A DNA stretch of 63,181 nt, the filler included, from Octopus bimaculoides (Eukaryota): the NCBI RefSeq assembly GCF_001194135.2. It is 3 parts of 3 records of this genome, joined end to end, with 100 filler letters (N's around TTAATTAATTAA, not from the genome) between each part and the next. Parts side by side here need not be neighbours in the genome. Positions count along the whole stretch, not along the records: positions 22,096 to 37,879 come from NC_069006.1; positions 37,980 to 63,181 come from NC_068992.1; 1 more part is not named here. The stretch is one strand, 5' to 3'. Below, piece after piece: positions 37,271 to 50,782 of this stretch; within the stretch, counting starts at the first letter, position 1, and each line of letters opens with the position of its first letter. The translations under genes and the position numbers were made by a program. Below the pieces are notes generated by a model. That model worked only from the letters and a program-made list of their open reading frames with translations. It was not told the origin of the DNA and did no database searches.

Positions 37271-37923
37271 GCACTTTATTGTATTCTGTTATGTCCATGA
37301 TCTTGTAGCCTGTGGAAAACTTGTCTAGCACAAAACCAGTTCATGGTGTAAAAAAGATTGAGGGCAGCTGATTTAGAGAATATTACCTATATTCTGGAAT
37401 AAAGGTGCTTAAAGTATTATTCTTAGGAGTAGCTTAACCATCTTTATGGAAGGATATGGCATAGTGGTTAGAGCGTTAAGCTCATGATTACTTTTGATAT
37501 AGCTCTATCACTGGTGCTTTTTATGTGGCATCAGCACTGACAGGGTCACTGAGTAACTTGCAAGGCCCCCCCCTGGGAGGGGGAATATATATTATATATA
37601 TGTGTGTGTGTATAGAAAATTATAATTGAGGGTATCTAAGATACCACCATGCTAGAAATGGCAACCAAAGCCTGACTCCAAAACCACATCATTGCTAGCA
37701 TGTTGGTATCTTAGATACCCTCAATTATAATTTTAATAATAATTATTACATATAAGGTTTTTCTTCCCATGCTGGTTGGCCACCTGATAGGATCGTTATT
37801 TTAAATAACGGTCTTATCCTTATATATAAATATATATATATATATGTATATATAAATATATATATATATATGTATATATNNNNNNNNNNNNNNNNNNNNN
37901 NNNNNNNNNNNNNNNNNNNNNNN

Positions 37924-37935
37924 TTAATTAATTAA
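37924..37935. other. Second artificial scaffold-joining linker (N44-TTAATTAATTAA-N44)
   Basis: N 37880-37923, 12-mer, N 37936-37979. Confidence 0.9.
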
Positions 37936-37997
37936 NNNNNNNNNNNNNNNNNNNNNNNNNNNNNNNNNNNNNNNNNNNNTGTGTGTGTCTGTGTGTG

Positions 37998-38029
<32 letters not shown>

Positions 38030-38789
38030 CGCAAATGCACAAACATACACATACATACACACATATATTCATTCACGTCAATATGTACATATGTGTATAT
38101 ATATTACATCCATATGTGAATATCTTCCAGACAGATAATAGCTGTCAAATAAATCATAGGTGTCCTATACAGAATTTACGATTGTTTACTGATCAAGAAG
38201 TCCGAAGACGGAATCAACATTTTCAACTTGCAAAATAGACTTGTTTTAACGGTCATGAAATTCTAACAAATCTTGAATGAAAAATTCTCAAAGTAAGGAG
38301 TTCAAGAAAATAATTTCAATAATTTCACATTGAAGACCCTTAAAAATATTTCGTTCTAAGCCGACCCCCCATAAAAAAAAAAAATAATAAATAAAATTAA
38401 CTCAGAAAAATGTAAATTTTTTTTCGTTAATCAGTTGATGTTATTTTGAATTTTTCCATGACGAACAATTACTTTCTCATAGGTGTTTGTATGGCTTTAT
38501 AGATGAAATCCAGTTTTTCGTTTTGTAATATGAATATCAAGCAAACGACTTACATCCAACGTTATTACACTGACGATCAAACACCGTTAGATCTTATTGA
38601 TGTGGTTAGAAGTGTATCTCTGGAGAGAATCTACGAATACATATAATTTTTCCACGTCAAGAAGCCAATATTTATGTTCAGCAATGAATCACACACACAC
38701 ACACACACACACNNNNNNNNNNNNNNNNNNNNNNNNNNNNNNNNNNNNNNNNNNNNNNNNNNNNNNNNNNNNNNNNNNNNNNNNNNNNN

Positions 38790-38823
<34 letters not shown>

Positions 38824-38880
38824 CATATATACATATAGACATATATATAAATATATATATATACATATAGATATATATAG

Positions 38881-38921
<41 letters not shown>

Positions 38922-39249
38922 CATATATATCTATGTATAAGTGTGTGTGTATTTTTGTTTCTTTTTATGTTCAGTCATAATAAAAACAATTTTACATTTA
39001 TCTGATATGTTACTGGATACCTCTGCAGAGTACAATTTTTTTCTTCTTAAACATGAATGTTGTGGATAGTAACTTTGAAGTGTCGTCCAGTTACGCCATC
39101 GTCTGATTATATGTTATGTTTATATTTATATATACAGAAATATATATAGCAAGAAGACTAGAATAGACAAGCAACTCACATGGTTTCATTTTAGAGCCAT
39201 TAATTTATATTCTATAATTTCAAGTAGTTAGTAGATGGTTGAATAACTA

Positions 39250-39737
39250 GGAAGAATCCAATGTATGAACACAAGGCGACAACGGTTCGGGATGCTTAAT
39301 TGAAAACCTGGCTGCAACTGAAGAAGTATTACATAAACAATGATGTAGGTGAGTTAAAGAAATATGAAATTGGGAAGGAGGATAAAGAAGAAATCTGATG
39401 GTGTCTAAACTTGATTTGGCCAGGAATTGAGGAAAGCGAAAGATGAGGGCTTGATTCATAAGATTTCTCTTCAAAGGATATAACTTCCTTAATAGTTCAA
39501 GCTGGCGACCTTCATTTTCTATCAAGATATATGCGTTAATTCTTGCAGATGATAGATTGGGAACATAAACACCCCTGAAAAGATACCAAAGCGGTATTCA
39601 TGTCAGTGGGGGGCGACTCAAGTAACTTTGTGATTATTTACATTATTTACATTTGATGGATATTTGTCAAATATATCCGTCAAATAAATAATTTAAATAA
39701 TGTACATAATACCTCATCTCTTAAATATAGAACTGTA
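39250..39737 (-). mobile_element. Possible Penelope-like 5' fragment with head-to-head terminal-repeat pieces
   Basis: 39634-39668 (reverse) and 39669-39737 (forward) both match the hammerhead-bearing repeat at 33646-33708; the adjacent 92-aa minus ORF is only weakly suggestive. Confidence 0.35.
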
Positions 39738-40249
39738 TTAACTGTGTGATATATAATTACTTGGTATCATTTGTAATACATAAGTAATCCCTTGTAATAT
39801 GACTCTATTAGTCAACCGTAAAACAAAGAGTCTCTTCAACAAATTTCTTTTAGAATATATTCAACAATTTTCTCATTGACGCGAAGAAAATGTGATGCTT
39901 ATTTTACCCGTATTCGTAAGTGCGTATATTTATATTTGATTGTGTTTATGTATCAGTGTATTAATGAAAGGCTTCGATATAGTTTCCGTCTACACGGCTC
40001 AACACACACCCACACACCGTCATATGGAGTTGTGTAGACAGAAACTATATCGAAAACTGTTTTTTTCATCCAAAATGGAGACGAACACCATTCTTCCATG
40101 AGGTCAGCTTGAAAAATTGTTAAGATATTAAGATATTTTTCAGAACATGAAACCAAGGCTAGCCTTAATACACAAATAAAGAAACTCTATTCACCAGTGT
40201 TGATCACCCATTCTCGTGATTCGACATTTACATGTGTGTGCGCTTGTGC

Positions 40250-40304
<55 letters not shown>

Positions 40305-40930
40305 GATGCACGTCTGAACCAGAAACCTATGATGGCGAATGAAATTCCTGAATGAATTTATCAGTTTTAGAGTTACTTGTTTATGGAAGCAAATGTTCGT
40401 TATGGATCATCACAAAAGGCACATTGTTAGACAAACCCAAGCTCTTTAGTATCAAAGTAATATCGGGTGAGCGAAACTACGGCATACTAGATGCTCCATG
40501 CCAAAATGCTGCTCAAAGTTGCATTGCAGAAGGCTAAGACTGACTAAGACCCGATTGAAATACAAGTAAGAGTGTAAAGCAAAGATGAAACAGTTTACAA
40601 ATCGACAGCCGGAAAAACTACACTAGATGAGAGCAAATATTAGAAAAGGAAACAAATTCACTTGTCACGCTATGACCGAAGACATTTCAAATCTGCAGTG
40701 GATATGCACTGTTAATGGACTGTCTGTCTATCAATGAATCAATGAATCAATTAATCTGTCTATCTGTTTGTCTGCTCGTCTATGTTTTATTTGTTTATGT
40801 GTATATTTACGTATCTCTCTATCTATGAAGCAATATATGAATCAATCCATCTATGTTTGCATACATACGTACGTAGTACATATATACACACAAACACACA
40901 CACACATATATATATACATGTACATATATT

Positions 40931-40961
<31 letters not shown>

Positions 40962-40965
40962 TTAT

Positions 40966-41125
40966 AGGCGCAGGAGTAGCTGTGTGGTAAGAAGCTTGCT
41001 TACGAACCACATAGTTAATACAACTGCGTGGCACCTTAGGCAGGTGTCTTCTACTATAGCCTCGACCCGACCAAAGCCTTGTGAGTGGATTTAGTAGATG
41101 GAAACTGAAAGAAGCCCGTCGTATA
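40966..41125 (+). mobile_element. SINE family B, 5' half
   Basis: aggcgcaggagtagctgtgtggtaagaagcttgc...gaaagaagcccgtcgtata. Confidence 0.8.
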
Positions 41126-41142
41126 TATAAATAAATAAATAA

Positions 41143-41179
<37 letters not shown>

Positions 41180-41804
41180 CAATGTTAATTCTCTGAACGA
41201 GGTGTTAACAGTAACTGCACGATAAAGTGAAGTATATTTGCCATTTAAATGTNNNNNNNNNNNNNNNNNNNNNNNNNNNNNNNNNNNNNNNNNNNNNNNN
41301 NNNNNNNNNNNNNNNNNNNNNNNNNNNNNNNNNNNNNNNNNNNNNNNNNNNNNNNNNNNNNNNNNNNNNNNNNNNNNNNNNNNNNNNNNNNNNNNNNNNN
41401 NNNNNNNNNNNNNNNNNNNNNNNNNNNNNNNNNNNNNNNNNNNNNNNNNNNNNNNNNNNNNNNNNNNNNNNNNNNNNNNNNNNNNNNNNNNNNNNNNNNN
41501 NNNNNNNNNNNNNNNNNNNNNNNNNNNNNNNNNNNNNNNNNNNNNNNNNNNNNNNNNNNNNNNNNNNNNNNNNNNNNNNNNNNNNNNNNNNNNNNNNNNN
41601 NNNNNNNNNNNNNNNNNNNNNNNNNNNNNNNNNNNNNNNNNNNNNNNNNNNNNNNNNNNNNNNNNNNNNNNNNNNNNNNNNNNNNNNNNNNNNNNNNNNN
41701 NNNNNNNNNNNNNNNNNNNNNNNNNNNNNNNNNNNNNNNNNNNNNNNNNNNNNNNNNNNNNNNNNNNNNNNNNNNNNNNNNNNNNNNNNNNNNNNNNNNN
41801 NNNN

Positions 41805-41857
<53 letters not shown>

Positions 41858-42949
41858 TACACACACACATATATATATATATACATATGCATGTAAATGT
41901 ACAGCAACACCACCCCAAATATTTACGTTTTAAAAGGTACCGGATAATATATATATCTGCCTATGGGTGTGAGACAGTGTTTGAGTGTGTGAAAACGCTT
42001 GTGCATAAGTGTGTGCATATTCATGTGTGTTTAAATCTATTTAGGTATTGCTGTATACATCTGTAAGTATTTCATACTTATTGGGAATTGAAAATCTTTG
42101 AAGTAGTTTTATTGCCATGATGTTGATAACCAAAACTGATAGAAGCATTTATTTTTTTCTCTTTTCACTGAGAAATTTTTTGGGAAGGATTTATAAAGTT
42201 ATGTTTGGTGTAAATAACTTCTATCAGGTCTTTAATGGAGAAAATTACACAAAACAAATATTCAGACAAAGTCATACACATTTTACACACATATACACAC
42301 CTACATACATATGCATATATATATATATATATATATANNNNNNNNNNNNNNNNNNNNNNNNNNNNNNNNNNNNNNNNNNNNNNNNNNNNNNNNNNNNNNN
42401 NNNNNNNNNNNNNNNNNNNNNNNNNNNNNNNNNNNNNNNNNNNNNNNNNNNNNNNNNNNNNNNNNNNNNNNNNNNNNNNNNNNNNNNNNNNNNNNNNNNN
42501 NNNNNNNNNNNNNNNNNNNNNNNNNNNNNNNNNNNNNNNNNNNNNNNNNNNNNNNNNNNNNNNNNNNNNNNNNNNNNNNNNNNNNNNNNNNNNNNNNNNN
42601 NNNNNNNNNNNNNNNNNNNNNNNNNNNNNNNNNNNNNNNNNNNNNNNNNNNNNNNNNNNNNNNNNNNNNNNNNNNNNNNNNNNNNNNNNNNNNNNNNNNN
42701 NNNNNNNNNNNNNNNNNNNNNNNNNNNNNNNNNNNNNNNNNNNNNNNNNNNNNNNNNNNNNNNNNNNNNNNNNNNNNNNNNNNNNNNNNNNNNNNNNNNN
42801 NNNNNNNNNNNNNNNNNNNNNNNNNNNNNNNNNNNNNNNNNNNNNNNNNNNNNNNNNNNNNNNNNNNNNNNNNNNNNNNNNNNNNNNNNNNNNNNNNNNN
42901 NNNNNNNNNNNNNNNNNNNNNNNNNNNNNNNNNNNNNNNNNNNNNNNNN

Positions 42950-42995
<46 letters not shown>

Positions 42996-43146
42996 CTATA
43001 AATATTTGTATGCATAGAATTGTGTAACATATCTGAATATATATACATATATGTGTGTGGATGTGTATATGTAGGCACGCGATTAACACTAATTATATAA
43101 TATATATTGAGAGAGAAAAAGATATATAGATAGGTATATAGATAGG

Positions 43147-43192
<46 letters not shown>

Positions 43193-43193
43193 T

Positions 43194-43256
<63 letters not shown>

Positions 43257-44844
43257 TATATATAGATAGATAGATAGATGCACATACAGACGTATACATG
43301 TATCCCTAATCTACTAACAGAAACATAATGTGTATTAATGTAAAATAGTACCTGGTCGCACATGCGCATGGAAGATATATGAAATATAATATACGATCGT
43401 TTCTTAATCTGTATCATTAGTAAATAGATAGCCAAACGCTGAACCTTTTACTAGGTTAATTGAAATGCTAGAAATAGCAGCCAAATGAGTCTCAACTTAC
43501 TATCTAAAGCTTTCAGACAGAATATTAAAATTGCAAAACTTAGCTTTATGTATGAAAAATGTTGGGGCGGTTATACCTAGAAACCGCAAGGCCATTTCAG
43601 TCAATCTATGGCTAAACATCAGACAATGAATCCATTCGAATATACATACATGTATTGTAACATACATCCGCGTACGTTCACATAGACACACACATACACA
43701 CATATATACGTATTTATGTATGTATATATGGATGTATATATATGTGTGTGTGTGTGTGAGTGTATGAGTATGTATATATNNNNNNNNNNNNNNNNNNNNN
43801 NNNNNNNNNNNNNNNNNNNNNNNNNNNNNNNNNNNNNNNNNNNNNNNNNNNNNNNNNNNNNNNNNNNNNNNNNNNNNNNNNNNNNNNNNNNNNNNNNNNN
43901 NNNNNNNNNNNNNNNNNNNNNNNNNNNNNNNNNNNNNNNNNNNNNNNNNNNNNNNNNNNNNNNNNNNNNNNNNNNNNNNNNNNNNNNNNNNNNNNNNNNN
44001 NNNNNNNNNNNNNNNNNNNNNNNNNNNNNNNNNNNNNNNNNNNNNNNNNNNNNNNNNNNNNNNNNNNNNNNNNNNNNTATATGTATATATATATATATAT
44101 ATATATAATATATGTAAATATATACACACACAAATCCATACAGAATAGAGAGTGAGAGAGCTTCTTTACGGTTCGAACAACTGGACTGCGCCTCTTTCAA
44201 GGACATTTTTTTTTCAATCACATCAAATCCAGTAGAACGTGTGGTACTCCATTTATTCGTGTGAAATGGCTGGTTTAACATATTTTTTGAAAGAAACATA
44301 CATTTGAAATCTTCATAGATATCACGTAGTTATCGATTATTGACAGAGATAGACATAAAGACGCATACCTACACTGACTCACCCCCCACCCCCCAGAACC
44401 AAACCACCACCCGCCACACACACATCCGCACAGCTATATAAGTGACATTTTTCCTAACTATGCGCATGTGTGTCTGTGCGTTTGTGTTTTCGAGTGTTTT
44501 AAGTCTCTTAATATTCATCATGGACATTTGCCAAACTTTTTAACAGCTAACTACAGTCACGCATGTAAAACATAGTTGAGGGCATGCTCTTTGATATCTC
44601 ACTGTACCGCAATTGAGCAAAGAAACGAAGAAACCGATGGCTTCCCCAGAGTACTCTCAATTAATTTTCAGTATTGCCATACTAATATATACTTGTAATT
44701 CTTGTGCATAGCATTCGGAATATAGGCTGCCACGAAAACTTATGTGGATAGAAGGGAATATAAAGTTATTCCTAAAGAAACGAGTTGACCTTGTTTTACA
44801 AAAAGAATACTGTGAGGTAGATTCGAATCTTTTATCTGTTAGGA

Positions 44845-45125
44845 TTTATGATTTACTTGTTTCAGCCAGTGGACCGCGGCCATGCTGGAGCACCACCTTT
44901 TCTGGTTGTATTTGAGCAAATGGACCGCAGGGTATATTGTTTTTTTAATTTGGTACTTCTGAGCAGGAAACGCACTCATAAAGATACACAAGCATAGACA
45001 TAAACATGGAAACACACACACATAGTAAACTCTTTATAACGCATTGTTCGGCCTGGGGTTATAATAGAAAATACTTGATCGAACTTCCCTGAACCCGAAA
45101 CCACATGGTAGCAAAGCGGGATTAT
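44845..45125 (-). mobile_element. SINE family B
   Basis: acttgtttcagccagtggaccgcggccatgctggagcacc (reverse tail). Confidence 0.7.
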
Positions 45126-45199
45126 TAACAAAAGCTACATATTTCTAACATATGCATAAAAGATTAATTATAAATTAACAAAAGAAGTATTACAATAAT

Positions 45200-45730
45200 A
45201 ATTCTTTCAAGTACAAGCAGATGGCCTGATATTGTTGGGTATTGAGATAGTTGATTACATCGACCACAGTACTTCACTTATCTTATCGACCCCAAATAGA
45301 TAAAAGGGAAAGTCGACCGCGGCGGAACTTAAACTCAGACCGTACAGGTAAATGAAATACCGCTAAGCATTTTGTCCAGCGTGCTAACGATTCTCCCAGC
45401 TCAATGATTTAAGTATTACACTTATAATAAAATCCAGTTAGATGCTGTTTAGACTGTCTCAGTAGTCATGAAATGTTAAATATTTTAGCTGTTAGAGTTT
45501 AACTACATGACAATGGTCATCTGTGTTTAGGCGGCGAGCTGGCAAAAACGTTAGCACGCCGTGCGAAATGCTTAGCGGTATTTTGTCTGAGTTCAAATTC
45601 CGCCGACGTCGACTTTGCCTTTCATCTCTCTTGGTCGATAAATTAAGTACCAGTTGCGTACTGGAGTCGATCTAATCGACTGGTCCCACCCCCCCTAAAA
45701 TATCGGGCCTTGTGCCTAGAGTAGAAAAGA
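45200..45730. mobile_element. Divergent SINE family A pair: minus (45200-45402) and plus (45530-45730)
   Basis: Both retain most CpGs. Confidence 0.8.
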
Positions 45731-47744
45731 ATGGTGATCTGTAATCAATGTTCCAGACTTAAATATTCTATGTTATTTATCTTAGAATATATTAACCACA
45801 TTGTTCTTCAATGTGTAAGACGGTAAGGAGTAGTTTGAGAAAGATTTCACTGTTTTACTCATGACATTACGACCAGGTCGATATTCTCTTGTTGGTTCGT
45901 GATTATGTATGTGAAACTGTAAAGCTTAGTATGATCAAATAGCCCTGATTGATTCAAGAATCTATATGTTTTATTTGAGGATAATATTTACAAATAATCG
46001 AGGTTGTACTGTGAGTAAATGAACAACGGCATCAAATAAACTATGGTATGTACTAAAGTGAATTGATGAAATAAAATGCTATTTTTTTACCCAAATGAAT
46101 TGTGAATTTTTTGGTAAAATGAAATATGGAATTTCGGTAAATGAACTCTGTCAACAAAATTCTTCTATTTTTATGTTGGTATGTGTTAAAACGTTCACCA
46201 GTTAAACACTACAATTACAGTATACACAGATGCTATGATTCATATCATATATCTGACTTAGCTAATATTTTGTCATCTTCCTTTACATCTATCAGTCACG
46301 GATGCCTTGATATGTTCTAAGATTGTTGACCTTCGTCTTATACCCAATTCATTAAAATTATCCAATCAAGTAGATTTAGATGTATAGTGCTAAAGTAAAT
46401 TTTGGTATATTGTGGCCAAATAAACTCTGGTAAAGATTTGGTTATTAAACTTATAGTATATTCTAGAGACATAAATGAGCATTTGTTGAAAATTAGTAAC
46501 GAAAATCTTATCGAAATCCGTTTTATTCGAGCATATCAAACTGTATTGATAATCGCACGGTAAAGTAGTCTCGTCATTATAACGTATCGAAAACTGTTTG
46601 GTATACTGTAATAAAAGCAAAACGTAATTTTCAAATTCCAATTGAAGGAGAAATTACAAATGACGTACACAGGGTCTCTACAGGGAGAAATATTTACAAG
46701 GAACAATTCAAAGATTGACCATCTTATATATGACACTGTAATGTCAGGTAATTCTTCTTCAAGTCAAATCCCACTGTGTAGAGAATAGAGAGAAGGCTAC
46801 AATAGAAATTTTATTCCTAAATAAACCAAAAAATATGAGAGGCTAACAAATGAAATGCTTTTAGCCATCCAGTTTCAAAGATCAAGGTTCAGCTGCATGT
46901 AATGACGATTGCGAATACGCCATTGTTAACAACAAAATACGAGAAAATGCCTTTTGCCTTTTCTTTGTTGTTAAGGTTGTGAGTGATTCGACTTTCCTTC
47001 TCTTTTATATATAGGACTGCATTAGAGAAAACTCCCTTGAGATATCTTCCTCCAGTTATATTGGTGATATATCCATACAATAGGTGTATTCTCCACATTT
47101 TTCTCTATTTTCGCACATGTGATGTTTTCACCACGCGCACGCGCACGCACACACACACACACACACACATACATATATATATNNNNNNNNNNNNNNNNNN
47201 NNNNNNNNNNNNNNNNNNNNNNNNNNNNNNNNNNNNNNNNNNNNNNNNNNNNNNNNNNNNNNNNNNNNNNNNNNNNNNNNNNNNNNNNNNNNNNNNNNNN
47301 NNNNNNNNNNNNNNNNNNNNNNNNNNNNNNNNNNNNNNNNNNNNNNNNNNNNNNNNNNNNNNNNNNNNNNNNNNNNNNNNNNNNNNNNNNNNNNNNNNNA
47401 TATATATCCAGTGGCGTCATTTGATTTAAGGACGCTTGTACACTTGTATACCAATCTTAAAATGGCATTTTTTTATATATTCAAGTTGAAAATTATGAAT
47501 TCAGATGTATATCAAAATACAGAAGATTTCAAGAGCTTTAATATGCAACTTTACAGCATAACATCAACATATAAATATTAACTCTTGTTTTGCGAAATTT
47601 ACGTCAGCACTTAATTTAAGAAGAATTTACATTTTTTTTTTGCCTTATTGACTAATATAAAATTAAGGAAATTTGCATGCTGTTACAGTTTTTAAGTTAG
47701 TTAATAGTTGTGATGGGTAAGAGACAAAACGTAATACCAGAAAC

Positions 47745-48408
47745 CAGAGCGAGGATCGTTTAGTTTACTAGGTTGAAATGGTCATATAAAGCTATTTCAA
47801 ACGAAGTTGGATTCTCTAAAACAGCCGTCTATAATGCTGCCCATCTTTATAAAGATACAAATGAATAGAAAAACTGCTCTCGACCTTGGAAACCAAGAAA
47901 ATTACGGCAAGAACGGATGGACTGTCCCTAAAAAAAATGAAAAATGACCGCTGTTAAGATTTTAAAAGAAATTCGGCAAAGATATGGACTTACAATTGGA
48001 GTGTCTATCACAAAACACCATCTCAAAGAATTTGGACTTCTAAAAGTCTCTCGAAAAAGACATCCATTTCTTTAAAATAAACCTTTTTTAGACCGAATAG
48101 TGGCTGGTGACGAGAAATGGGTTGTCTATAGAAATGTTAATCCCCGAAAACAGTGGGATGGGAATGGAAAAACAGCGGCACCTAAGGCTAAAGAAGGTCT
48201 TCACACACGTAAGGGGTTGTTATCTGTTTTGTGGGCTATGAAAGGTTTAGCCCACTTTGAACAGACCCAAACCAAACGATAACAAAGGAGATACTATAGA
48301 TGGAAGAACATTGCAGAAAATGAAGGAGAGTATATTTTAGATTAAAATATCTTAATTTTCAAAAATGAAATTATAAAAGACGCTTTATTTATGGGATAAC
48401 AAATTTAT
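47745..48408 (+). mobile_element. Mariner relic (internally deleted)
   Basis: LFLDRIVAGDEKWVVYRNV...KQW...KEGLHTRKGLLSVLWAMKG; TIR-like end ttatttatgggataacaaattta before (TA)n. Confidence 0.8.
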
Positions 48409-48460
48409 ATATATAGGTAGTTAGGTAGGTAGGTAGGTAGGTAGATAGTTATATGTATTC

Positions 48461-48522
<62 letters not shown>

Positions 48523-49667
48523 TTACACTGTTGATAATGTCAACTCAGTAGAATATGTGCTCAGTGATGAAGTTTAATAGGATAGAAAAACGTCTATTTC
48601 GGCAGTCGAATAACGTTCCTGGTGTGAATACTTCTCATACAGAAACTGCTATATATCTTTGAATATTTGCATTGATTAATCTTTTCCAAATTGTCTCCTG
48701 TCTGCATGTTTTCATTTCCCGATCTTAACAGCCCTACAGATATATTTTAGTTATTAATTACATGCGCGCATACGTTGTCCATTTTATCCGTTGCTTCCTA
48801 TCTTTAGACAGTAGTACTTTGAGGAATTTTCCACGCTGACATTTGGTACGCTACGAGTGTTGACTTAAGCAGAGGCCACGATAGATTCCAAGGCAGAGAA
48901 TAGCCTGCTGAGATCAACTTTGATTCCAACCCCTCAGATTCGATGAAATAATGTCCCAGTCAAGTAGTAGGAGTCTATGTAACCGATCTGGACGCTTACG
49001 TCAAAATTACCAAGGATGAAGCCTGCAAAAGACCTCCATCATATTTATCAGGAATGTTGTGGAAACACTTATACTTCATGGATATGTGGCAATCCACAAT
49101 GTACGAGTAATAGTGGTTGTGAAAAAGAAAAAAAGATCTACAGATAAATTTGTCTAATATTCACAAAACCTTTTTTGTTTCTATACTTGGATTATGTTTG
49201 TCTCATCATCTTCTCTAAATCAATATCGATTCTAATATTTATTTTGTTTAATATGCAATAATGAAGAAATATACCATCTATGCATACTTTAATAATTACT
49301 GAAACCTTGTTGCTTTAGTTTAACATCTATTTTCCTATGAATTTCATTCTAAGACTGTCTACATGTATTAGCGTATGTGTCGGGGTTCACATTGGGTTTT
49401 ACGCACGATTTCGACAGATAAAATAATATTGAGAGAAACTGAAATAAAATTATTATGTCTAGGATGAGGATTTAATTTATTTAAAACTTCACTAATGTCG
49501 AAACTCCTCCTCTGATGGAATTAAAACTGTCCATATGTGTCAACGATTGCAATAAATATTCTTCAAATTTTGTTTTATATAATTTTATCTCATATAAATC
49601 TAAAGAGAATTTCAAAAATACGACACGATTATTGGTTCGCATTTAACCAGGTCATTAATTTAATTCG

Positions 49668-49707
<40 letters not shown>

Positions 49708-50747
49708 TGTGTGTGTGAGTGTGTGATTTTGTGTGAGTCTGTGTGTGTATATATATATAAATATATGCATATATTGATATGTGTATATATATNNNNNNNN
49801 NNNNNNNNNNNNNNNNNNNNNNNNNNNNNNNNNNNNNNNNNNNNNNNNNNNNNNNNNNNNNNNNNNNNNNNNNNNNNNNNNNNNNNNNNNNNNNNNNNNN
49901 NNNNNNNNNNNNNNNNNNNNNNNNNNNNNNNNNNNNNNNNNNNNNNNNNNNNNNNNNNNNNNNNNNNNNNNNNNNNNNNNNNNNNNNNNNNNNNNNNNNN
50001 NNNNNNNNNNNNNNNNNNNNNNNNNNNNNNNNNNNNNNNNNNNNNNNNNNNNNNNNNNNNNNNNNNNNNNNNNNNNNNNNNNNNNNNNNNNNNNNNNNNN
50101 NNNNNNNNNNNNNNNNNNNNNNNNNNNNNNNNNNNNNNNNNNNNNNNNNNNATATATAAACATATATATATATGTGTGTATAAATATGTGTATACATATA
50201 AATATATGAACGTGTCTTTGCGTGAGTGTGTATACGTATGTATATTTTAGTAAACGAGTATATATATATATATAAAATATATTTATACGCATACATGTGT
50301 GAGTGTGAGTGATTTTGTGTGTGTGCTTTTGTTTCAGCCTTAACACAGCTGATGTCCTTATATATTACGCTACATAATCGCAGAAGATTCTAGAAACCTC
50401 ATCATAATTTATCATTCAATATAAAATTATGAGAGATAATAGTAATTATTTCTCAAAAACACATGCTATCACACACCGTACACAGAAAAAACATACACGC
50501 GCAAACGCACAAACGCACACTCATACACGTTCGGTTATGTACATACAGATATGCTTAGAATTGTTTATACATGTATATCTCTGTGTGTGAGTCATGTGTC
50601 TGTGTGTGTTTCTGTGTGTATACATACACACACATATATATATGCATATATATACCTACACATATACACACGCACATTGACACAGACACACACACACACA
50701 CACACACATATATACATATATTTATATATATATACATATATATATAC

Positions 50748-50782
<35 letters not shown>

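Noticed and set aside
37443-37487. FMEGYG... as a possible PITPNM terminal exon
   Set aside because: No in-frame acceptor, and the sequence continues as a tRNA-SINE head (ggcatagtggttagagcg).
48770-49110. Possible additional Tc1/mariner fragment
   Set aside because: Only vague similarity to the WPPNSPDLNP region; no TIRs.
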